DNA from: Octopus vulgaris
Lineage: Eukaryota
Direction: 5' to 3'
Assembly (NCBI GenBank): GCA_951406725.2
Contig: OX597824.1
Coordinates: 91,388,001-91,452,000 of the forward strand
Length of the DNA stretch: 64,000 nt
The notes beneath the pieces are model-generated. The model saw only the letters and a list, made by a program, of their open reading frames with translations. It ran no database searches and was not told the DNA's origin. Made by a program: the position numbers and the translations under genes. Below are positions 36,681-49,497 of this stretch, piece after piece; position 1 is the stretch's first letter, and each line of letters begins with the position of its first letter.

Positions 36681-39562
36681 TTTTTTTTCAATTTACGGCA
36701 GCAACTGTGAAAGAAAAGGCATGAAATTACCAGACGCCACATGGCAATCAACAGACAACAGCATATCACATGCAGCACCACAAACACCATGTACTAAACC
36801 AAACAGCTTGAGAAAAAAACTGGACCGCACTAGTGTGCACCACATTACACTGCACTATAGCGTTGCATATCACACCAGTTTGCAAACACAACACCACACT
36901 GCATGAGCTCCAACTATGTTAAAAACAGTGCCGCCTGACTGGTACCCATACAGGTGGCAGGTAAAAAGCACCATTTGTGCATGTTGGGCCTCATGGAGGC
37001 AGTGACAAGTGACCAAGGCCCTTGGTGATATACCGTGCTTGTGTTGGCCTGTCATGCCAAGTTAGACCGTAGTTATGGCCAATACTGGTGTCAGGTCAAT
37101 GGCACTTGTGCCGGTGGCATATAAAATGCACCCACTACACTCTCGGAGTGGTTGATGTTAGGAACAGCATACAGCCATAGAAACATTGCCAAATCAGATT
37201 GGAGCCTGGTGCAGTCTCCTGGCTTGCCAGTCCTCAGTGAAACCGTCCAACCCATGCCAGCATGGAAAGCAGACATTAAATGATGATGATGAGGGGCAGG
37301 TGACTAGTGCAAGTGATTATTTGGCCAATAGGCATTAATTTGCTTGGTGCTGCAGATTGGAGTAGAATATAATTGGTGCATTTGAAATGTGGGTGCATAG
37401 GAGAATGTTATGTGTCTCTTACAAGGACCATCGGAGAGAAAGGTGCAGGATGACAACCCCTGAACATAGTAAGAAAAGACAAAATCTAAAAACAAAAGGT
37501 CATCTATTATGGCCATATTCAAAGAAGCAGAGGTTTGAAACATCATCATCATGAAAGGAAGAGTAGAAATAATAGACTAAAAGGTGGACAAAGAATGCAA
37601 TGGGTGGTCACTATCATGAAATGGTTGGACAAAGGTAGCAAGGTGGCTGGAGAACTTGCGCTAAATGAGAAAGACTTTCGTTGCAGTGTCATCAATATAC
37701 TGCAGGCGTATGATACATGATGATGACAATGACACTGCAGGAAATTAGACTGCTAAATATCATACAGTACAACACCCCTGCGTCATGCTAATCAGCATGG
37801 CACTGCATTGCACTGCATGTCACTGGAATTCAGCACACCACACTATACAAGACATATACCTTACCATCTTGCATGGCACTCATTGCACTACACAATGCTG
37901 CACTATAGTATCCATTCTATTTGGTTGTTGTTGACATTGCTTTCCTTCAACTCCCATATATAACTAGACAAGGCTGTATTTTTTTAAATTGTTCATTTGC
38001 ACATACCTGGATGCATGCTGAAGAAAAACAACAACCATAAGATAACATGAGGAATAGGATGTCTCAATATGGTCCCTCCCTCAAAACTTTAGTCTTATGA
38101 AATAAAGGACATTTGTAAGAACTAATGTAATAGCTTATTCCTTATTGGGCCAGTTTTATTATTAGAATTGGCAGAGGAAAGAGTAACTTAAAAATATTAA
38201 TTTTTCAAATTCATAATCTTTGTATTTTTGTGTATTTTACACTACATTGTCTAATCTGTCCTTCGTTGATAAGACTTTAGAGACGAGTGGTTTGAGGGAG
38301 ATTTAACTACTAGTATTTCTAGCATGTAGAGTGACCACATCGAGGTCTCATTCCCTCGTGTTGTCTGCTGGTTGTTGCTTTGTTGCTTTTACTCAACATA
38401 CATCAACATATGTACAAAATGAATGAATGAATTGAAAACCCTCCTGTGTTTGTTTCCAAGTGGGCGTGGGTTTATAAAAAGGGGAGCAGAGAAAGAAAGA
38501 AGGGGCAATTCTTTTAAATTTGAAATTTTGAAAACCACTTGGGCTTTTTTTCTCAGAATTATACTCTCTGTATTTTTAAATCCCTCACCCCACCTGCCAA
38601 AAACTTACAGAATAAAAATAAATAAATAAAATAAAAGAAAAGAAATTAAAAAATAGAAACAAAGAATTTAAGGAGCAGGGGACATTGAAACTTTTAAAAT
38701 GCACATTTTTAGGGCAAAATCATAAATGTTGTTGCTCAAAATATAGGAATCTAAAGAAAATAAAAAATAAATAATAAATAATAATAATAACAATATTAAT
38801 TACAATAAGAATAATAGTGAACAGCTGACACTGTAGTACATCTCCAGTGTTAGAATCTGAGTCAGGCACAAGACCAGTAATTTCTGAGATGGGTAGAGGT
38901 CAGTTGGCACCATCACTCTCAGTACTGGGCTGCAAAGTGAATATAGTGAGTGATGAACAAGGGTGGAGGTGCAGGGGCCTGGGAAAAATAGGTTGGGAAA
39001 ACTGCTCTAAGGCATTCAACATACTAGCAACAGCAGCCAAATCTTCCTTTAGAAAGAAAAAGAGTTTTAAAAAATCGTTCCTCACTAGAGCAAAAAATCA
39101 GATACATTGGACAACATAGTTCTCAAGTCTTAAAAATAGGTTGAACAATCACAGCTTTGACTATAAGGTCTACACAATCTGGACTGATCAAGAGTTGATT
39201 TATAGCCAGACAATAAGACAATAAACAGCTCCAATATCAATACATGGCAAGGTATTTCTTCCAATGTTCTAACATTTCAGCTATCTCGCTGCCCTTAATG
39301 GTTTGTAATTAAGGCACAAAGCCATCGGTTTTGAAGGGAAGGGATCTACTCAATTACATCGATCTCAGCACCCGACAGGCATTTTATTTTATTGACCCCT
39401 CCTCTTCATCCCCAAAGAGTGAAAGACAAAACCGGTCCTGGTAAAATTTGAACTCAGAACGAAAAGCAACATATAAATGGAGCTAAGCACTTTGTCCAAC
39501 ACGATAATGGTCCTGCTAGCTCACTGATTTGATAATTCTTTCTAATTTTGGCACAAGGCCTG

Positions 39563-39599
<37 letters not shown>

Positions 39600-39600
<1 letters not shown>

Positions 39601-39791
39601 TTTTAGTCTTTTACTTGTTTCAGTCATTTGACTGCGGCCATGCTGGAGCACCGTCTTTAGTCGAGCAACTCGAACCCGGGACTTATTCTTTGTAAGCCCA
39701 GTACTTATTCTATCGGTCACTTTTGCTGAACCGCTAAGTGACGGGGACATAAGCACACCAGCATCGACAGACACAGACACAAACATACATG

Positions 39792-39852
<61 letters not shown>

Positions 39853-40005
39853 GACGGGCTTCTTTCAGTTTCCGTCTACCAAATTCACTCACAAGGATTT
39901 GGTCGGCCCGAGGCTATAGTAGATGACACTTGCCCAAGGTGTCACGCAGTGGGACTGAACCCGGAACCATGTGGTTGGTAAGCAAGCTACTTACCACACA
40001 GCCAC
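39600..40005 (-). mobile_element. SINE family A
   Basis: Family match. Confidence 0.88.
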
Positions 40006-40534
40006 ATATATTATATATATATATATAGGCGTAGCTGTGTGATAAGAAAGTTGCTAAAGAAAAACAGGAAACAATTTATTACGGGGGTCGATTCATTCCA
40101 CTAAAAATTCTTCAATATAGTGCCCCAGCATGGCCACAGTCGAATGACTGAAACAAGTAAACGATATAAGATAAGGGGATGGGGGAAGTAATCGACAACT
40201 CCGAAAGCAAATCACTTAAAACCTTCTTTAAAAAGTATGCATTTTTTACGGAAGTTTAGAAAGAAAAAAAATTTAGCGTTCAGGATGCGGGTGGACTGGG
40301 GCACTAAACTGTAGTTATGCCTAATGAGATAGTTACAGTTGTTATATATCTGCTGGATACTCACTGAAGTGGAACTAGATTTATACAATTATAAAGATTG
40401 AATGAATGAATGAATGGCTAAGTCAAGGAAGGGTCGATAATGTTATATTGACCCCGAAAAGAGAAAATGGACTTCAGAGGGATTTAAATTCGAAATGTAA
40501 TGAATCGGAAGAAATGCAACAGGCGAGCTAACGT

Positions 40535-41775
40535 TACTTATTTCTTAACTGCCCACAAGGGGCTAAAGACAGAGGGGACAAACAAGGACAGACAAAGGTA
40601 AGGCGGCGAGCTGGCAGAAACGTTAGCACGCCGGGCGAAATGCTTAGCGGTATTTCCTCTGCGTTACGTTGTGAGTTCGAATTCCGCCGAGGTCGACTTT
40701 GCCTTTCATCCTTTCGGGGTCGATGAATTAAGTACCAGTTACGCACTGAGGTCGATGTAATCGACTTAATACCTATGTCTGTCCTTGTTTGTCCCCTCTA
40801 TGTTTAGCCCCTTGTGGGTAATAAAGATATAGGTATTGAGTCGATCATATCGACGTAAGTGCGTAACTGGTACTTAATTTATTGACCCGGAAAGGATGAA
40901 AGGCAAAGTCGACCTCGGCGGAATTTGAACTGAGAACGTAATGGCAGACGAAATACCGCTAGGCATTCTGCCCGGCGTGCTAACGGTTCTGCCAGCTCCT
41001 CGCCGCCTTATTTGTGATTCTGCCAGCCTACCACCTGTAATTATAACAATAGGCGAAAGTAAAGATTACGTAACTCCCGGTGGTTATGGTTTAGGGTTAG
41101 GATTAGGGTTTTTGTTACGTCGAAAACGGGTGGTGTACGTATTGTCTGCTTCCGCCATAATAATGATAATAATAATAATAATAATAATATATAATAATAA
41201 TAGTTTCAAATTTTGCCACGAAGGTAACTATTTTGGGGAAGGGGACTAGTCGATTATATCGACCGCCCAGTGGTTGAACTGGTTCTTAATTCATCGACCG
41301 CGAAAGGATTAAAGGCAAAGTCGACCTCGGCGGAATTTGAACTGAGAACGTAGTAGCTGACGCAAAAATAATGATAAGAAGAATAAGAATAATAATTTTT
41401 TCTAAAAAAAATCAGAAGGCTTAAAATTTTGGAGGCGGTGGGGCGTGACAATTGATTGTATCGACCCCAGTGCTTAGTTGGTACTTATTTTACGGACCCT
41501 GGAAGGATGACAGGCAGAGTCGACCTCGGCGAAATTTGAATTCAGAATCTAATGAACCGAAAAGGCGGTGCCCCAGCGTGGCCACAGCTCGTGAGCTGAA
41601 ACTAGATGAAATTAAAAATATATATATATATAATGAAATAAATCCTTTCTGCCTTAGGCAGAAGGCCTGAAATTTTGTGAGAAGGCGGCCGGTCGAGAGA
41701 GCATCGGCCTCATTGCTCAGCTGGTAACTTATTTCATTAACTCCCGAAAGGCCGACCTCGGCGAAATTTGAACGC
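40535..41775. mobile_element. Cluster of SINE family B copies in both orientations
   Basis: Plus copy at 40600-40837; minus copies at ~40840-41010, 41200-41350, 41420-41550, 41640-41775. Confidence 0.8.
41052..41156. mobile_element. Small MITE-like element containing TTAGGG repeats
   Basis: Ends ggcgaaag / cttccgcc; internal ttagggttaggattaggg; similar ataa-rich flanks. Confidence 0.45.
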
Positions 41776-41856
41776 AAGTGTAATGAGAATAAAAATGATA
41801 ATAATGAGGGGAAAAAAACAGGCAAAAATCGAACTGAATAAAAAATAATTACTTAC

Positions 41857-42200
41857 CAGCAGTGATAAAAGATCAATCAGAGAAGCAGGAGCGAGTTTAA
41901 ATAAAGATAAAACCGGGAAGTAAATGAGAATATATACACATATATATATCTATCTCTCTATGTGGATATTGACATTGACGTGTGGCCTTTCTACTTAGCT
42001 CTCTTCTCTTATTTTTTTCCCTTCTTGCCCCCGCTTTTTTACTGCAGTCAACATCCAAGTCCACGAAAGAAAAGAAAATATATATTAGAAAGTGGTTCAA
42101 CTTGTATTGAAAAACGAATTTTTTTTTTTCTCACACACCTTTATAATTTGGTCTCTTTTGATTTGTTATCAGCCAAGTCATATCGTATGGCTGAGTTTCG
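41857..42200 (-). other. Probable non-coding 5'UTR exon / transcription start region of ABHD12 (5' end uncertain)
   Basis: Consensus donor CTG|gtaagt at 41856 in an island of unique sequence. The first coding exon has an acceptor upstream of its ATG, so an upstream exon is required. Confidence 0.5.
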
Positions 42201-42407
42201 TTTTTTAAATGGCTGAGGTCAAAGCTCAAACTGCAGTAAACGACAGCAACTTAAACAGCAGCAACAACAATTACAACAACAACAGCAGCAAGAACGCATC
42301 GAAAGAGCTGGGACGTTTCGGTGAAATTTAAACCTAGAAAATGGAAGAAAAAAAGAAGTAATTTAGAGGTTATGTATATAGGTGTGTATGTATATAAATA
42401 TATATAT

Positions 42408-42451
<44 letters not shown>

Positions 42452-42460
42452 GTGTGTGTG

Positions 42461-42505
<45 letters not shown>

Positions 42506-42582
42506 GCATATATATATGGCGGTATGTGTGCCCCAGCATGGCCACAGCTCATGAGCTGAAACTGGAAAAATCAAATATCAAA

Positions 42583-42641
<59 letters not shown>

Positions 42642-42669
42642 GTAAACGGATTGGTAAGTAGCTAGGGTC

Positions 42670-43020
42670 AGGGGAAGAAGTGGCTGTGTCGTAAGTAGCA
42701 CTTACTAAGACACTTGCCAAGGTGCGTGGCACCTTGGGCAAGTGTTCTCTACTATAGCCTTGCGCTGATCAAAGCCTTGTGAGTGGATTTGGTAGAAGGA
42801 AACTGAAAGAAGCCCGTCGTATATATGTATATGTATGTGTTTGTGTGTCTGTGTTTGTCCCACCCCCGCATCGCTTGACAACCGATGTTGCTGTGTTTAT
42901 GTCTCCGTAACTTAGCGGTTCGGCAAAAGAATAAGTCCTGGGGTCGATTTGCGCGACTAAAGGCGGTGCTCCAGCATGGCCGCAGTCAAATGACTGAAAC
43001 AAGTAAAAGAGTAAAGAGTA
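42670..43020 (+). mobile_element. SINE family A
   Basis: Family match. Confidence 0.85.
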
Positions 43021-43047
43021 TATATAAAGTGGAAATAGCTATATATA

Positions 43048-43223
43048 GGTACTATTTTAGAAGAGTGGTCCCGGTGCGCGCATCCGCTCTAGCTAGACGT
43101 GACAAGTCGATCCTTTGTGTTTTATTTACTTTGCCAGGTAGTCGTTGTAGGATCGACTAGTCACGACTAGCTAGCGCGGATGCGCGAGTGCGCGCACCGG
43201 GACCACTCTTCTTAAATATTACC
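43048..43223. mobile_element. Palindromic MITE (~70-bp arms) in (TA)n
   Basis: ggtactattttagaagagtggtcccggtgcgcgca... / ...tgcgcgcaccgggaccactcttcttaaatattacc. Confidence 0.85.
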
Positions 43224-43279
<56 letters not shown>

Positions 43280-43442
43280 TTTATAGAAGGAGCTTCTACA
43301 GGACTAGAACTGTTTCATTCAAATGAAATCATGTATTGAGTACCTTATTTACTGTGGTTAACCCCGACTCAACCCGGGACCTACATATATATATATATAT
43401 ATATTAAGGTATGTAGAAAAATACAACATGGACACACATCCA

Positions 43443-43499
<57 letters not shown>

Positions 43500-43517
43500 C
43501 AAATCAAAATTGCGATA

Positions 43518-43558
<41 letters not shown>

Positions 43559-43810
43559 TGGATGTGTGTGTGTATATATATATATATATATAGTAGATGT
43601 ATGTGTGTGTGTTTTATGAGAATGGGGTAAAAAGATATGGGTGTGTTCACGTGCGTGTAGGTAAACACATGTTATGAATAGTTTAAAGCGTGAGAACACA
43701 AATTGTTCCAGTTTGTAAAAGAAAAAGTAAGAATTGTAAGCAGTGGGTGTCGTGAGAGAGAGAGTTGATAGACAAAGATATGTAGATTGATAAGAGACGG
43801 ATAGATAAAT

Positions 43811-43851
<41 letters not shown>

Positions 43852-43857
43852 CAGATT

Positions 43858-43901
<44 letters not shown>

Positions 43902-44043
43902 CATAGATAGATAGATAGATAGATAGACAGATTGATAGATAGATAGATAGATAGATAGACAGATTGATAGATAGGTAGACAGACAGACAGATAGATAAGG
44001 GAGAAATAGAAGAAGAGAGAGATAGACAGACAGACAGACAGAC

Positions 44044-44085
<42 letters not shown>

Positions 44086-44086
44086 G

Positions 44087-44150
<64 letters not shown>

Positions 44151-44779
44151 TAGAGAAAGAATGTGGACGAATAGAGAGAGGCACAGATAGCGATGTAGTC
44201 ACATGCTCTCACAGAAAATAATAAACTTATTTAATTTTGTAGCCAAGGAAAGCAATTAAAAAAAAATAACAAACAAAAAAAAAGAGGCTCCATAACTTAG
44301 CACTTGAGTTATATCTTTTTATCAATTAATTACTGGCTAACCTCCATAGTTCCAATGTGTCATCTCAATGTAGAAGCCTCCACCATCAACAACATCGCCA
44401 CCGTTCGAGAGAGCCCAAAACCATATCTATTTATTTAACCACTTTGGTGCCGTGGTAGCTAGCTGCTCCTCCTGCTAAGAATACCAACCAACCATTCTGG
44501 CCAAACAACTCTTCCACCAGTCCCAGTAAAACTGATGGAAACTAGAACACAGTCTGCACGGCAGCCACCCCCATAATTAAAGCCAAGACAATTAGTAGTA
44601 AGCCTGTATGGACGACTGTTGCGTTTAGTGTTTGGTACAGTAGTTATACTACAATGAATGGTGTTAAGTTTTTAGTAGTGACAGGACGCGCAACAATGGT
44701 ACGGTCTTCTCGGCCAAGCCATGGGTTTTTAACTACGGCACCGTCCCCCGCGAAAGTGAGAGAGTTGGCGACAGTCATG

Positions 44780-45092
44780 GAGAGAGAGAGAGAGAGAGAC
44801 TAAGAGAGAGAGACTAAGAAAGAGAGATACTAAGAGAGAGATAGACAGAGACAGAGAGAGAAAGACTAAGAAAGTGATAGACAGCGAGAGAGAGAGAGAC
44901 TAAGAGAGCGATAGACAGAGAGAGAGAGAAAGACTAAGAGAGCGATATACAGAGACAGAGAGAGAAAGACTAAGAAAGTGATAGACAGCGAGAGAGAGAG
45001 AGAGAGACTAAGAGAGAGAGAGAGAGAGACTAAGAGGGCGATAGAGAGAGAGAGAGGGATAGAGAGAGACTAAGAGACTGGTAGACAGAGAG
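44780..45092. repeat. GA-rich minisatellite with recurring gactaa spacer
   Basis: (ga)n-ctaa units. Confidence 0.9.
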
Positions 45093-46039
45093 AGTGTGAG
45101 TCTACAGGTTATAGGGTTTCTTGGTCTACTAAAAAATGGCCATTTCAAATCCCATTCAAATCACGTACGTTATGGTTTTTTGGGGAAAAAAAGGATTCTA
45201 GAAAGCGTGAGAAATAGAGAGAAAGAGGAAAAGAGAGACTCTACAGGTTACATGGCTTCTTGCCCTGCTAGAAGTAGCAGCCAAAGTTTCATTGAACTCA
45301 CGAACGTTACGGAATTTGAAATAAAGAGCAAAGAATGCACTCGAGAGAGAGAGAGAGGGGGGAGAAAGAGTGAAACTCTACAAGCTACAAAGTCTTCTGG
45401 GCTGCTAGAAGTAGCAGCCAAAATTCCAAATTACATACGTTACACGGTCTTGGGAAAAGAAAAAGTAATGAAGAAAGGAAGTCCATGTATACATACACAC
45501 ATACATCGTTAGGAGGATCTGTATTTATAAATACCGTAGACTATTGAGTCCACGATAGACATTTTGTTTTTCTTTTTAGTGATTTAGTGATTTCTCGGTG
45601 TGAATAAAAAACTTTACTGGCGCTCAGAAGATCAATTAAAAAACTTTCCTGGCGTACTTCTAATGGAAAGTTTTGCAAATTAATAAACTATTTTTTAAAA
45701 GTTAGACATTTAGAAAAAATAAACCATGGAAACGAAACTTGTTCTTGTTTTATTAACTATACGGGAATTTAATTAAATTTTGACTGACACAATTTTGATT
45801 GAAGCCTTAGATTACTCTTTTACTTTTTTATTTGTTTCAGTCATTTGACCGCAGCCATGCTGGAGCACCGCCTGTAGTCGAGCAAGTCGACCCCGGGGAC
45901 TTATTCTTTGTGAGCCTAGTATTTATTAATCGGGCACTTTTGCCGAACCGCTTAGTTACGGGGACGTAAACATGCCAGCATCGGTTGTCAAGCGATGTTG
46001 GTGGGACAAACACAAATACACAAGCACACACACACACAC

Positions 46040-46071
<32 letters not shown>

Positions 46072-47329
46072 TGGGAATCCTTATCTTCTAGTAAATCCCT
46101 ATTCCTAAAAAGACGGCGAGTTTAGTCATCGTAGCGATAGCAATGAGTTTGAACAATACTGGAAGGTACCACAGGTGGTGGTGGTGGTCGTCAGTTCGTT
46201 TGCAAACAAAGCTGCTTGACTGAAGGTCGGAATCACCGATTTAAAACAATACCGGAATATTGATAGAGTTCTTTTTAGCACGTGGTTGCCAAACAATGTA
46301 GCAAAATGGTAAGAAACTCGCAGACACGTGCTGTGTTGCTCCAACAGATAAAACTGTCGCTTGGTCCGTTGTTTATCAATCAGACATGTGACAATGGAAA
46401 CGGAAACGCTTGTGACGAAGTTTGGCTCAAAGTCGAGTGGGAGTCACCAAGAGTCAACAATTTAAAGATTCGTAATTCTCAGAGATAAACTGATAGTCAC
46501 TCTTTTTATCGTTTTCTTTGTCTTTTTTCTTGTTTCTCCTGTTTTTACTTGTTTCAGTCATTGGACAGCAGCCATGCGAAAGCATCAACTTGAAGGATTT
46601 ATTAGAATTTTTAAGACGGGTACTTACTTTTGCGATCGGTACTTATTCTATGGCCGTGTTCTGACCACCGCAAGAATATAGGGACGTAAACAAACCAGTA
46701 CTGGTCAAGCGGTGGTGAGTGGCAAACACAACACAAACACACACAGACACACATATGCGATGGGCTTCCGCACAGTTTCCAGCTACCAAATCCACTCACA
46801 AGGCTTTAGTCGACCCGTGGCTATTGTAGAAGACACATGCCCAAGGTGCCACGCAGTGAGACTGAAACCAGAACCATGTGGTTGCAAAGCGAGGTTCTTA
46901 ACCACACTGTCATCAAGGGCGGACTCAAAGGATGGGAGGGGGGGGGGCTGAGAGGCACGTGACCCCTCAAGAGAAAAGTACGCTCTTCTAAATAATATTA
47001 TTACGCCCTTTTCTCATGGAATTATATTCCTTTCTGACCTTGTGCCTTTCCTTCGAAACATTCTTGGGACCGTGTCTGGTCATTCTCATACACAAATGTG
47101 TTCATGGGAAAATTGTCATGCATATATTCGAGTTTGTATAAGTTTAATGAATAATCATCTGTGTCGTTATTAACCGATGAGAACTGACTGAAAGAGATAC
47201 GGCGATTTGATATTTCGTTCAGCCCAAACACAGAACGTATGATTTATGATATATTTTTATTCATGTGCTAGTTTTTTTTTTTTAATTGTTATTTATCATA
47301 AATAAACAAATAAAATACCTATTTCTTGT

Positions 47330-47550
47330 TGTTTATTTTATTTTCTCACTTCTACAGCCAAAACTGAACTTTAGCGTGCCAGTCGTGTCAGCAATTTTGT
47401 TGTGGTACCCCGATGTACAAGAAAGCTTTACAATAATTTACACAGGTAAACTGTTTTTGACTTTTTGGGAAGGTCTTTATAATTATAGGCATAAACCTGA
47501 ATTTGTAATCCGGATAGAGCAGCTGAAGATTTCTCAATAGTTCAGCGCAG
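47330..47550 (-). mobile_element. Restriction-like-endonuclease (R4/Dong-type) non-LTR retrotransposon 3' remnant
   Basis: AELLRNLQLLYPDYKFRFMPIII...VNYCKAFL resembles the RLE C-terminus; A-rich tail. Confidence 0.55.
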
Positions 47551-47558
47551 GCATGTAA

Positions 47559-47591
<33 letters not shown>

Positions 47592-47728
47592 GATGGATGG
47601 ATGGATGGATGGATGGATGGATGTGCGTGTGTATGTATGCATGCATGTATGTATGCATGTATATATGCACGTATGTGAGTATATGTATGCATGCATGTGT
47701 GTGTGTGTGTGTATGTATGTATACCCTA

Positions 47729-47759
<31 letters not shown>

Positions 47760-49080
47760 GTATGCATGTATATATGCACGTATGTGTGTATGTATGCATG
47801 TTTGTGTATGTATGTATATGTATGTATGTATGTACGCATGCGTGTGTGTATGTATGTATGTATGTATGTATGTATGCCTTATGTGTGTGTATGTATGTGT
47901 GTGTTTGTATATATGTATGCATGTATGTGTATATATGTATATATATGTGTATGTATGTATGTATGTGTGTATGCATGGATGTATGTTATGTATATATCGA
48001 TCCGGTACTTGCCTTGTACTTTATTTGATCGACCTCGACACGATAAAGAGTTATTGTCGACCTCGGCATGATTTGAACTTTGCACCCCTCAGTCCCACAC
48101 TTGTGGCATTGGGCCAACTTAACGAATCAATATTCGGTAAAAAAAAGCCTACTTAATTAGTAGATCTACTTAACACGGACCGAGTGAACTAGTTAATCAC
48201 GTGATAGATAAGCGTTGCTATTGTAGCGTTGTAGCATAATGGCAATGGTGGTGGTGGTGGTGGTGGAGATAAACACAGCGAGGATAGAGAAGGAAGGGTG
48301 AGACGGGGGTAGGGATAACAAGATCAGAAGTGGGAGGGTAGAGTGGGGGTGTTGAGAGAAGAAAGTAAGAATGAAAAACTAGTGGGGAAGAGAGGGAATG
48401 GGGGAGAGAAAGAGAGAAGAAGAGAGAGAGAGAGAGAGAGAATGGGGGAGATTGATAGAGATGGAGAGAGAATGGTGGAAATAGAGAGAGGCAGAAAGAG
48501 AAAGGGGATGGAGAGTGTGTGAGAGAGAGAGAGAGAGAGAAGAGACAGAGAGAGAGAGAATGGGGGAGATTGACAGAGATGGAGGAAATAGTGAGACAGA
48601 GAGAGAAGGGGGAATGGAGAGGCAGAGAGATAGAGAGGGAGGATGAGGAGACAGAAATAGAGAGAGAAAGACAAGGAGAGACAGAGACAGAGAGGCAACG
48701 AGAGGAAGAGAGAGGGAAGAGAGAGGGAAAGAGAGACAAATTAGAGAGGCACAGAACGGGAGAGGGAGAAGGGGAAGAGGGGGGTCAAACAGGCAGAGAG
48801 ATAGAGAGAGAGAGAAAGAAAGAAGAAGAAGAAGAAGAAGAAGAAGAAGAAGAAGAAGAAGAGGCAGATGTGTATCTGATAAACGAAGGGAAGCTGAAAA
48901 TTGTAGCCGGTTAAAAAAATAGCTGCTGATGCTGTTAAACCGTTAAGTCAGCCTTAATCGAGTAGGTCAAGGATTAAAGGCGTTCCAGTCGTGGCCGTTC
49001 CATCTTCGTGGTCTTCTATTTTTTATAAGGTGGCCACCTCCTCTGTTGTGTTGATTATATCGTATACTGTGATAGTTTTC

Positions 49081-49497
49081 GGATCTTTTCGGTTTGAACG
49101 GCAGTTTTTAACATAATTTCTAGGTAACTAAAAAATTTCAAACTTTGTATACTGCTAGAATGTGTTTATAAACCATCTTTTTCTATTGGCTTTATTGAGA
49201 AAATTCTATAGTTTCTAAGATATTTGTTGTTTTTTTTCTTCAATTTCTGCAGTTTCAACCAATCACTGACGTCTATTGAGGTAAAATAACATTCTGTGCC
49301 GTATGAATATGTCCCTCGTTTAAGAAACAGATTGGGTGTATTTACATTTGTGAAGAAAAAAGATACCCTTCCCCCCACCCCTAACCCTAACCCTAAAACA
49401 GATTGAAATGCAATAGATCGATACTAAGGTCATAATTATGGGTGACAATTTCATATGACACCGCTAGAAAAAACTGCCGTTCAAACCGAAAAGATCC
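49081..49497. mobile_element. MITE with 29-bp TIRs, 8-bp TSD and internal (CCCTAA)3
   Basis: ggatcttttcggtttgaacggcagttttt / aaaaactgccgttcaaaccgaaaagatcc; flanks tagttttc / tagtattc. Confidence 0.9.
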
